Shown: positions 9,855-20,000 of the stretch, one piece after another
Layout of the letters: every line of letters starts with the position of its first letter
How positions within the stretch are numbered: the stretch's first letter is position 1
From: Catajapyx aquilonaris
Taxonomy: Eukaryota
Direction: 5' to 3'
Assembly: GCA_000934665.2 (NCBI GenBank)
Contig: JYFJ02001846.1
Coordinates: 48,244-68,243, forward strand
Length of the DNA: 20,000 nucleotides
Translations under genes and position numbers: made by a program
Notes under the pieces: model-generated
What the model was told of the DNA's origin: nothing
What the model saw: the letters and a program-made list of their open reading frames with translations, nothing else
The model's database searches: none

Positions 9855-10309
9855 TTGAAAAATTTAGTTCCCACAGTGTTTACCAAACAGTGCGGTTACT
9901 TGAATCCCTTCCTGCACAATAAATTTGTTTAAAATATGTTTTTAAATGTCTGTGTGAGTGACGCCAGGTTTGTGTAGCTAGATGCATGTGGGAAGGGAAC
10001 GTCCTAAGATGACATTTGATATGCTCCGCCCTGGCCTGGGCTTCCACTGACTCCTATGGTCAGTGCTAGGAAACCCTTCTCCACTCCAACCTGTTCTATA
10101 CCCACATGTGTGGCCTCATCGATACTCTTTGAGTCCTTAATGGACGCTGTACCGGGCGGTGCAGACACTCGGCTGGTCCAGTCAACTTCATAGGGACGAC
10201 GGGCTTAGGTGGCAGCAGAGTCGAAATTGCTCCTACCGACCGAGTCGGCAAACACTACCGGGATTCTTCTGCAGACGAAAAGTGTCAGCTAGCCTATTCA
10301 TCATGGGGG

Positions 10310-10531
10310 ATGGGGGATGCTGTGCAGATCCATTTACGATGCGGATTTAAGCCCATGGATGGTGTATCCCGGTACTTTCGACCTGCTACTCTGAAGAAAG
10401 GCTTGAGCTTGAAGTCTGCAGGCCACATTGAGGATGTGACACAAGTGATTCGGGGCCATGGCGGAGAAGTTACTGGAAAATGTGTTCCCCAAATGAGGGT
10501 TCAGGCGGCACGCTATGACGTGAACTTGGAG
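10310..10531 (+). pseudogene. First exon of a SWIM/YqaJ-type transposon accessory gene
   Basis: LKKGLSLKSAGHIEDV..VTGKCVPQMRVQAARYDVNLE, followed by GTAGGC, resembles the segment that precedes the SWIM finger in ISL2EU exonuclease proteins. Confidence 0.5.
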
Positions 10532-10614
10532 GTAGGCCATAATAAATGAACCTCTCTAACCTTCTAAAATTCTGAAAGCCCATTACTCTATGCATGTTAA
10601 AATGAGATGTAATT

Positions 10615-11306
10615 GAAGGGCTTGGTGCAAGAAGGGGATAAATCCAATTTTGGTTGGAAGGACTTTATTGGCCGCTCGGATAGGGGGAAAAAAAGGCCGA
10701 TCGCTTGGTGCAAGAATGGGAGTCATCCGGCTGGAAACGAGCATGTCATAAAGGCTGTGGATATATACCCCAGCTCCCTTTGGTAGTAAGAAGGGGGCAG
10801 ATCCGGGATGTACCCCTTTCTTGCGCCCGAAAGTTTCAGCATTGCAGTTATTTGCTGCCTGGGCACCGCGGTCCCCTTGCCCCTGGTCGCAAAAGCCAAA
10901 CATGGATGCCAATAAAGGCGTGCAGATGGACGAGTTGCGAGATTTGTCTGATTCGGGGAGTGACTACGTGCCTTCCGGAGATGACAGTGACAGTGAGGAG
11001 TCGTCTGATGAGGAGCCATCTGCAGAGGAGCCATCAGGGTCTGGTGACACTGGTGCCCAGCATGTATATGAAAAACGTCGGACAAGGAACCCAGGGAAGT
11101 GGCAGAGGTCCTTGCGGAAAACGAAACTCGCCAAAGGGGAGGCTCATATTAACTCCGCCAGTGTTGCAGTGGAGGCCAGGAAGCCTGCCACACAGTGCGA
11201 GTATAAGAAACAGTGCTTGTCGGCTTTGACGGATGACCTAAAACAGTTGATACTCGCATCGTTCAACTCCATTGGTGACTTTCACAAGCAGAACATATAT
11301 CTCAAA
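10615..11306 (+). mobile_element. Left end and N-terminal coding region of a Sola1-like transposon
   Basis: A subterminal motif GGTGCAAGAAGGG recurs at ~10624, ~10707 and inverted at ~10806-10828. From ATG 10902 there is an acidic SDSGSDYVPS tract, then KRRTRNPGKWQRSLRK..GEAHIN..C..KKQC..ILASFNSIGDFHKQNIYL. Confidence 0.6.
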
Positions 11307-11409
11307 ACGGCCCGATGTGTAATAAAATTTACTACAGAGAAACTACTGGGTGCTGAAGCTGTTGCGAAGGGCCTGCAAAAGATGGTTCGTAATTTCGCTA
11401 TCAACCCTT

Positions 11410-11935
11410 GGGGCAAGGTTCGGGGTAAGACTTGGGCTTCTAGTCGATGTTGTAAAACAAGGCGGAGGTACAGTAATACTAACGACGGAAATACCGCTAC
11501 GAGGTTTTTCGCCAACAGCTCCAAGTCTGCATCGATTACGGGGATTGACGAGTACATTGTGCAGAAACTGGGAACAATATTGAAGGCTGTCTCAAGTGGG
11601 TATCCCATTGACGCCAGTAAATTCAAGGACTACTGCCTCGAGACAGCAAATTTATTGGTGAAAGCATACCCCTGGTATCCTACGCCAGTATATAGGCTGT
11701 ATATAGGCTCCTTTTACACGGGCCTCAGATTATTGCCATGTCCGGCCTGCCAGTTGGTCTGCTGTCAGAGGAACCTCAGGAGGCCAGAAATAAGGACTAC
11801 AGATACATCAGGGAGCATCACACACGAAAGACGTCAAGGGTTGGCACAAATGAAGACGACCTGAAAATCCTTCTTGTGTCTTCCGACCCTATCATTTCAT
11901 TGACAAGGACAATGCCTCCAAAGAAGAGATGGATG
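11410..11935 (+). pseudogene. Transib (RAG1-core-related) transposase, C-terminal fragment
   Basis: Reads LGLLVDVVKQGGG, (frameshift) NDGNTATRFF..ITGID..SSGYPID..YPWY, (frameshift) LPVGLLSEEPQEARNKD..REHHTRKTSR..LLVSSDPIIS. Confidence 0.9.
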
Positions 11936-12169
11936 CCGCTAGATATCATCTGGCTCAGTTGTTACATAGTTCAATATGGCTGATGGCTGTAATGAACATA
12001 AGTTAGGTCAATGCAGATCAAGCAGTACTTCATGTGGCCCTTCACCCGCCAGTCGTCACGACGCCCATTGCCGAGCGACACCATTCCAGGGCATCATTAT
12101 AATCCACCTTGAGAAACATTTTCAACCAAAACCAATTGTCTATTTCATTGACTCGTGGCAATCTCCTGC

Positions 12170-12373
12170 AGGAAACGTTTTCCCCTTACCCATCTTGGGG
12201 GCTGCTCTGGCTTCGACGCCATCTTGGATCCCTGACGGTCGACTGTAGCAGTGGGTATACGAGATAGAATAGGGCACCTGGATCGGCGCGCAATAAGCCA
12301 CCAAAAAAAAAATCAGCTTAAAGAGAAATTTCTTGTAACTGAAAGGACTAATATATTTGAAACACACCCTGTA
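12170..12373 (-). mobile_element. Possible single Tc1/mariner-type terminus
   Basis: The minus strand reads TA|CAGGGTGTGTTTC from 12373 and later ATG GGT AAG GGG AAA (MGKGK). No partner TIR was found. Confidence 0.3.
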
Positions 12374-12963
12374 TATCAGTCGTGATTTTAAGAAAATTTT
12401 TGGACATTTTGCATTATGAACTGACTATATGGGGTTTCACTTTTTAAAACCTGGCTAAAGGTAGGGAAACATTATCACCAACTGGATGGACTTCGCGGGT
12501 TGCCACTGCTCAAGTTCCACACCCCCAAACGCACCCTCTCAGCCTTCCGCCGAATTTGTGAGCGGGGCAAGAAACGGAAGCACTCTGACGATTCCATTGC
12601 CACCAGTGGAGGCAACATGAAGAAGCCCCGCCATGAGAAGGTAAATGATCCCAATTGGAAATATAGTGCCATTTTTAAAGGAGCTTGTTTTCACTAGATT
12701 CTTCTGATCTCAACGAGTCTTAATAGCCTTCAATACTGACAAGGGACCTTTCCTGGGTGATAATACAATGTAATGAATATAAATGATGGATTCTACTTTC
12801 TTCTATTGAGGTTTGACAGTACCATTGACTCCTGATGTAACAGCCGCATCTTTAACATACACGAGGTAGAGTTGATTATTTCACGATGTCGATGATGCCG
12901 AAACTTCCACTATTTTACGAGAAAGACTACAGGCCTTACCTTGCAGCTACACTCTGAACCATG

Positions 12964-14548
12964 GAAACTATACGCCGCCTTCCTTGACTTATCAAAAGCC
13001 TTTGACACGGTGAACCACGAGAAATTATGGGCAACAATGCAAATGAGCCGTATAAGCACTCAATTTATTGCGATTGTGCGTGACATTTACAATAAGTTCC
13101 GCATCACTCCAGGCTTAGGCGAACCGGACATACATTTACATGTGGGGAATGGAGTACTGCAGGGGGAGGTTCTTTCGCCTGTACTGTTTAATATCTATAT
13201 AGCAGGCCTCGGGAGAGTTCTAACTGAATCTGGAGCTCATGGTGTGAATTTTGGAGCGAATCAGGCAGATGTACACTATTTAACCTATGCTGACGATATA
13301 GTTTTAATGGCAAGCAATCCACTACACTTGAAAAAGGCATTAGAGACCACTGTAACTTTCTTTTCCAACATGCACCTGACACTGAATATCAACAAAACCA
13401 AAGTGATGGTTTTTAGAAGAGCGGGTCGGCTACCACGAGGTCTGGTGTTCAAGGTGGCTGATCAACCACTTGAAATTGTTCCCCATTACAAATATTTAGG
13501 GGTGATTTTCTCCTCGTCGGGTAAATTTGTTAAGATGGCTGAATCTACAAAGTCCAGAGCGATAGCAACAATTAATGCTCTTTGGCCTACCTTATTAGAC
13601 TACGGATACGTGACATTATGTTAGCAAAGAAGCTGTATGTGAGCCACGTTATTCCCATTGCACAATACGCTTTTCCAACCTGGGGTACTCGGTACATGGA
13701 CATTATGGAACAAATTCAGAACTCCTTTATAAAAAAGTTTTTGAGTCTTCCTAAAAGAACGGCGGGCTTTTTTATTCGGTTGGAAACTGGTATCCCACAC
13801 TTGGGAATAACGTTGACAAGGCAGGTGATTAAGTTCAATCAGAAGCTTGTAAATCCACACATTAACAAACTCCTGGTTGCAGCGTATGGATGCGCGAAGG
13901 TACAATCAGTTCAAGGGTCTGTCTCAATTGATTGGTGCAGGGATGTCAATAAGCTGCTACCCCCAGGTATCTATACTCAAATGCTCAACTCCAACCCGAG
14001 TGAGGCGCTCACCTACTTGACAGAGTTCTACGCTAAGCAAGACGAGGAACTTTTGGCCAATTCTATTTCCTATGCCCCATACTATGCAGCCAAATCTTTA
14101 AACCAACCGGAAGTGTATTGGTCTTACAATCTCCCACTAAACCCGCTGCGTACATGGATTCGATTGCGTGGTTTACCTAAGGTTCTTTGGTTTCAAAACT
14201 ATAAGTTTTCATTTGACGGTGGACCATGTGTGTGGTGTAACACGACCTCTGAATCTGACCTTTTTCATTTACTTTTTGACTGTCCTTTTTTTGTACTCCC
14301 CGCTCTCAATACCTGGTAGATCTGCCCCGCATGCCGCCAGACGGCTTGGCTTTTGTTTTTAACAACCCTCCCAAAAAACCGATAATGGATGTGCACTATT
14401 TTTTTGTGATTGTCTTAAAAAATGTATATAATGGCTGAATAATTGGTTGTCAAAAAAAGGGAAGTGTATGTAATGACTTGGTTGCGGTGTCCCCCATAAA
14501 GGGTTAATCTTACCCTAAAGCCGGGGTACAAATAAATAAATAAATAAA
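12964..14548 (+). mobile_element. 5'-truncated LINE (RTE-X-like) with RT domain, CCHC finger and (TAAA)n tail
   Basis: Motifs: FLDLSKAFDTV, GVLQGEVLSPVLF, YADD, KTKVMVF, YKYLG, IRLETG, CVWCN..HLLFDCP. Frameshifts lie at ~13590 and ~14290. The tail is (AAAT)n at ~14530-14549. TSD TACACTCTGAACCATG lies at 12948-12963 and 14549-14564. The clade assignment is less certain than the LINE call. Confidence 0.92.
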
Positions 14549-14934
14549 TACACTCTGAACCATGAATCTTGTCATGTAAGGTAGAGGTACAAGAGTAATG
14601 AACATTGTTAAAATAAAAAATTAGAAATAATTCACTCACTTTCTTCTACACTATCCACCATCTTGTATCCAACATGTTACTTTTTAAATTTCAGATCTCG
14701 GATGTGGATTGTGCTATTTATTATGCTCAACCGAGCTCAATCTCATGACCAGGAACACCCCCATTTAAAATAGGTATCAAATTGATTAATTTAGGTTGGT
14801 GTGTCCGCCATATTGAAAACTGAAATTTTATCCAGATCTTCAGTATTCATCCGACAAAGTAATTTCACGAGGTGTTAAAGCCAGCTTCTTTATTAAGTAA
14901 CCTAAGCACATAAATTCCATTCGAATAAGAAAAT

Positions 14935-15110
14935 TTAGGATAGTCTCTTCACAATGGAAGACTTGAAATTCGACAGCGTGTAACGAACATACACAATCAT
15001 GTTGCCCATTCGTAGTTTCTGTTGTAATAAGTTCTGCTTTCAGGATTTTGTAAGTTTTCCCTAAACCAATTACAGCACGCTCAATGTGGATACGCTTGGA
15101 CGCCAGGTCT
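14935..15110 (-). pseudogene. Second ISL2EU/Harbinger-type transposase C-terminal fragment (not in the ORF track)
   Basis: The minus strand reads DLASKRIHIERAVIGLGKTYKILKAEL, then after a frameshift GNMIVYVRYTLSNFKSSIVKRLS*. Confidence 0.7.
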
Positions 15111-17827
15111 GTTCATGCCTTCAAGTGCAAGTGGGGCAAATTACAGGTATAATCCATCCCAGAGCCTGAACTATACCACAAGGTGACAAATCAGTGAAGA
15201 AGAGATCCTTGGGCTACACAAGAAGGGAGGAAGAGAGTTATTTTCACCGAGTGACGGTTGCTTCCTTGTGTGAGGTGGTAGTTCTGTCACTTCGTCTACA
15301 CTTAACTCATTCACCTCCTGAAGGAGCGATGTTGCGGGTGCAACAAAAAACCCTTTAAATAACTGACATTTCGCGCCAGGAATTCCATGTGCCCTAAGAG
15401 CTTGTTCATATTCAGTCGTAGGAGCTGCTGCCCTATTATTTAGAGCCTACGCTTTTAAAATCTCAGCAGCTCCCTTCCGCCAACAACAAACTTACTTCAA
15501 TACTCTGACAGTTGAGAGAATCCACTGCTACAAGCACCATGGGTGAGAGGACCAGATAATGGCGACCAGGGAGGTACAAGAAACTAATGGTGCAGCACTG
15601 TCTTTTCTGGACTACACCTAGTCATTGCCGCAATTATCAGGCAAAGCAGAAGGACTTTTTATCGCCGTTTACGACATTGACTTCTCAGTATTTTCAAAGA
15701 GATATCCACGTAATAGCACAATGTTACTTCCATAATAATCGATTTATGAATTTCACATTAACGGACAATCCCACGAATGCGAACGAATTTATGTGAAATT
15801 GAATTGTCTTGCTGAACATCGCAATACAAAACAATGTGCAATTCACCAGTTACCATCAACACGAATGACATGTAAATCTATTGTGAATCTTGTAGGTCTT
15901 AATTTCTGGTCTGGGTTGTTATATCAGCGTCCTTTGAACTACGGTACCGCTATCAGCACGAAGAAAAAGGAAGGGCCAGTTGCAATGACGACACCAATTG
16001 GTCTCGCCTACGGACAGTTCTGGAAGACCTGTGGCACCTGAACCATATTCAGATGGTCTGACTGACTAAAAGTTCTCCTCCAAACTTACTACAACTACTT
16101 GGCTACTACATGGCTGCTCTCCTGCAAACCCAACTAAAACGAGAAACCTCGTCCTTGACAAGACTTTGCGACACCACGTGGTGGGCGGAAAAAGTTGCAA
16201 CCTTGTTGGAGGAGGGGGTTCGCCCCTTCTTCTCTTTCCCTTCCCCCACATGACAGTCCTTCCCCGCCTGGCGAGTTGTGTAGGCGGGCCTGTGTGGAAA
16301 TACATATACCATTTTACTTCATCCGTTGTCTGTGTTATCATTTGAACCCGTGAGCTAGTCCGGAGCCAGGGACCCTGTAGGTGGGGTTCCTGACAACTTG
16401 CATCCAACATGTCTAGGAAATACTGGTCTAAGGAAAGCAGTTGGCATCTGGAACAGCCAACTTCCCAACAGACAACAATGCACACCTTACTATTTTGCAC
16501 GACGACATTTTACTTTGACTCATTAAAATTCATGCGAATACTTTTTCATCTATGTTAATACCAGAGGCTGTAATTATTAGGTTTCCAAGTAATTGCTGGT
16601 GTCATGTGAATTATAGTAACAACCCTTGGCATGACTGGGCCAATGACCATCTATATGCAGAGATGCAAAATATGTAAAGTTGTACACAATTTTTTGCTGC
16701 TACTACTGCATATCTATGTTCACAACGGTTTCCTTTGTTAGATGTTCTTAGACCTTATCCTTGCACTATACAAACACGTAGACTTATGGAATAGAACTCT
16801 AGCAAGCAGAAATGGAATTACGTGTTACAAGTAATGCCATTTGTTGGTGTGTGTGGGGGTCGAGTTGCCACCTCACTGTTGTAGTAGTCAGCCGATAGAC
16901 GGCTGGGGCTGTCAGGTAGAGTGAGTAATAAAAAGGGAATCCACTCTGGAGACTTTCTGACAAATATTCAGACCTGTGGAAATTCTGACATTGTCTTTCT
17001 AGCCACATGACCTTTTGATAGTATTGATCACGCAATTTGTCAACATAGGGAGCAAGGGTATCTATGGGTATGCCCTTACTGGCGTAAATACGAGCTGCCC
17101 TTCTTTCCTCTCAAGCCCCATAAAAAGGAACAAATCTGCACAACATGTTGGAACGTGTCACAAGATGGCCCACTGACAGCGGACCCTGTACAAGCTGGCA
17201 AAAAATAGTTTTGACACCTTATGGAACGAGTTCTTGGTAAAAGTGGAAGGTTTGTCGCCTACGTGCGACGGGCTTTGAGCCACTTTTGTACCTCCCGCTT
17301 CTGGCTCCCCTGGGTGGCCGCAGTTGTGGCCCATTCAGGCCATTCAGGCCGCAGTTGTGGCCGCAGGCGCGGAAGCTCCCCGGCTGTGGCGCCGGCCCCT
17401 GTATCTTGTGTGTATTCACCAGTGTGTTGTATGTATTCAGTAGAGCAGTGCTGATTAAAGTGGTTTGAAAGAAACCTAGCGTGTCGTGCTTGAAAGTATG
17501 ACCCCTCGAACCCCGTCGCCTTGAAGGGTGAAGGCGACAGGTTGGTGGAAATGTCCACGCAACATTGTAGGGTATGATTAGTGACAGGAAAGCGAGTACA
17601 GCCACATAACGATAACCGGATGAGTCATAGGGGGTGTCCAGTCCAAGGTCTGGAGTCAGCCTTGTGTTAACAATCCTTATGCCTTGCAATAAGCAATTGC
17701 TGGAATAACTTGCATTTTCTAATGAATATTTTTACATTGCCCGATATCTTCATGTGCAGACAAGATGCAGCATCATTCTTCACCAGCTTTCTTTAAAAAT
17801 TGAAACTGCTCAGGTTTCGTATACTCG

Positions 17828-18000
17828 GTGAACATTCACTGCACCAACAGAAAAGGAGCAGTGCAAGGAATGCAAATTTCCCCCAACAAAAAATTGCTTC
17901 CTGAAAAATTCACAGATGATGCTGGGCAGACTGAAGGGGCAGTGGATCTGGGTGGACCAAAGAAAGTGTACCAGAGCCTGATTCTGAAACACACACACTC
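17828..18000 (+). pseudogene. G2E3-like HECT ubiquitin-ligase domain fragment
   Basis: NIH..GAVQG..SPNKKL..KFTDDAGQTEGAVDLGGPKK matches the HECT N-lobe motif F..E.AVD.GGP.(R/K). Confidence 0.65.
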
Positions 18001-19519
18001 AACCCGACATAATGGAGGGAGAAGAGGGTAACAACAAGATTTGACATGGATTAATAGGGCGAATTTCCCTGCTAGTATCGTGATTGCCATTTCCCTTTTC
18101 CAATATCCCTCGACCTCAATTCCAGACACCTAGAGCACTTTTTTTTTCTTTTAAACAATCATTTGCCCAACATAGACAAGTTTGCAGTAGAAATTTGCTG
18201 TGCAATACTTGGCATTCATGTCAGTAACATGCTCCTGCAGCAGAATTGTAATGCCTAGCATAGATTTTCATATATCTAAAAAATGAAGCAGACTTGTACT
18301 ATTTTCAGTCCACAATTACCCCTCCTCACCCTAATCCCATATTTCCCACACACATGTATGGGCAGAAGGGAACCATTCTGCCTACTGGACTTGGGACTGC
18401 GGGAATGTCTGAGGCGTCTAGTTTGAATGAGGAGAAGGCATGAATGAGGCCCCTGGGTCTTCTTCCCAACTGCCACCCTCATGTTGTCCCCGCCAGCATC
18501 CCGCAAGGGATCTCTTGATGGTTGGGGGATTGAAGCCCTTCCCTTCCCCGTTGTCCCCGAGGCCTCTTTCTCCATGTTGCTCCTCCTAGTTCTTCCATTG
18601 TCCTCCAAAAGGTGGGCAGATAATTGAAAACCAAATCCATGGTTTTATAAAACATAACCAGCTCCCAGGATGTCTTCTTTGTTGTTGAGTTAACTTAGCA
18701 AGCACTGAGGCTAACAGAGTAGTAGACTGGAATATCATTGTAACGTCGTACACAAAAGTTGTTGAATGTGGGCAGTATTTTGGCACAAAACTGCTCCAGT
18801 GGCACTGAAGCAAGGCTGGTTGGCTGCACCAATGGGTAGGTGCATTCATGTGAAACTCCAGAAGGTGGCTTGACCGAAGGGTGAAGATCGTTGCCACTCG
18901 AAGTTTACACATGACGATGTCCATTCCAGAACCACCCTGCAGTCTCCGCTTTTGTTACATTTAGTTCGTCATAAGATTCCAGTGTGTTCAGCCAAACCCA
19001 GGTTATCAGTTGCTCTGCTTACTGTCATACTGGTAGCATCCATTGGGGCTTTGGCAGCACATATCTGCACAACCTGTCAAAGACAAAAAGGACAAAATTA
19101 GCATTCATTTGTCAGTGTCAGGTAATTACCCGATAAACACACTTTTTTACAAATATTCTAAATACAATGCAAGTGGATACTCTCCCTCATCATGTACGCT
19201 GGTAATAATGATTGGGTAAGATAGCAAAAGTCTATGTGCAACATTATATTGCCTGTCCATACTACGGGAAAAGAGCAGCATAAAATTGGTTGGCTTAATT
19301 TCCTCACACTTGATGGCTATTGCCCTTGAGCCTTCAAATTAACGAGGGCTACAACCTCAGATTAGTACATAGACTCATCATCATGGTCCATCTCACAAGT
19401 CAAGTGCTGTTTCATGAGCGCTGTAATAGTGCCTTGTAATGGGTGATCAGAAATTATTGTTGGATGGCTCCAGCTATTTGTTGGCACTGAAGCTGGTTAT
19501 TTTCAAGCAATTACATTTG

Positions 19520-19696
19520 CAGGGGTCAAAATATTTGGATGCAAAGGTGCAATTTGCACTCCAGTTGACCTGCTTTTTAACGTGGCTGAACCCAGTAATT
19601 AAAAATTAAGCACTCAATGTAAATAATTTGCACTCCAAATGAAAGTCTGGAATGCAAACTTTGCAACTGGACAAAAATTGTTATATTTGACCCCTG
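19520..19696. mobile_element. Small hAT-like MITE
   Basis: Inverted ends are CAGGGGTCAAAATAT and ATATTTGACCCCTG, with AATTTGCACTCCA repeated twice inside. The TSD is not clean. Confidence 0.55.
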
Positions 19697-19905
19697 CTTT
19701 TGCATAACTTTTTTACAATGATTATCAAAAGTATTAGCTACTGGACCCTTGCATTGCATGTGGCCATTCCGCCTTAATAGCAAATAAATTTCCTGTTTCA
19801 AGACTCATTGCGTCTCAGGTGAGGATGGGGTGAACATATGTTTAGTAGGTTGGCCTCGCCTAGAATGTTATTTTTTAAATGTCCCATTTCATCAAATAAT
19901 ATCCC

Positions 19906-20000
19906 TTAAGGGGAGAACTGAGTTTTGACCTTGAAAAAAATCGATTTTGCAATTTTAATATATGTCACAGTGTCAACCTTCCTCTTTTATTTGTCACAAA
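19906..20000. mobile_element. Possible start of a TTAA-targeting (Kolobok-like) non-autonomous element
   Basis: TTAA|GGGGAG is followed by the palindrome AAAATCGATTTT. The other end is not visible in the window. Confidence 0.25.

Noticed and set aside
11410..11935. Domesticated RAG1-like recombinase
   Set aside because: It is a frameshifted fragment with typical Transib motifs. I found no RAG2-like gene or paired RSS-like ends.
12720..12900. hAT transposase relic on the minus strand (LHCIITQE, resembling HCIIHQE)
   Set aside because: It rests on one short motif, and the surrounding sequence is too degenerate to support a call.
16140..16210. hAT-like motif LTRLCDTTWW
   Set aside because: It is an isolated motif without flanking support.
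17316..17365. Duplicated GGCCGCAGTTGTGGCC and CATTCAGGC units with overlapping ORFs at 17219-17689
   Set aside because: This looks like a local GC-rich duplication, probably within a non-autonomous element. The ORFs have no recognisable domain.

Overview
This looks like eukaryotic, probably arthropod, DNA: it has GT-AG introns, (CCTAA)n repeats and an R1-type retroelement. No intact host gene, RNA gene or CRISPR array was found. The window is a dense mosaic of decayed transposon fragments. DNA-transposon pieces resemble ISL2EU (convergent YqaJ + DDE genes), Kolobok-type (DDE + YqaJ start), CACTA/EnSpm (transposase plus spliced second gene), Sola1 (two pieces), Harbinger (transposase, MADF, Myb/SANT genes) and Transib; there is also a G2E3-like HECT relic. 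Three younger insertions have perfect target-site duplications: an R1-like 3' end and a 124-bp MITE, both inside a piggyBac-like MITE, and a 5'-truncated RTE-X-like LINE. Two features stand out. Nearly all coding relics from about 0.8 to 14.5 kb lie on the + strand, and several are joined coding-to-coding without transposon termini. This resembles a uni-strand piRNA cluster or TE trap built mostly from DNA transposons (hypothesis). All family calls come from motif recognition by eye, not database searches.
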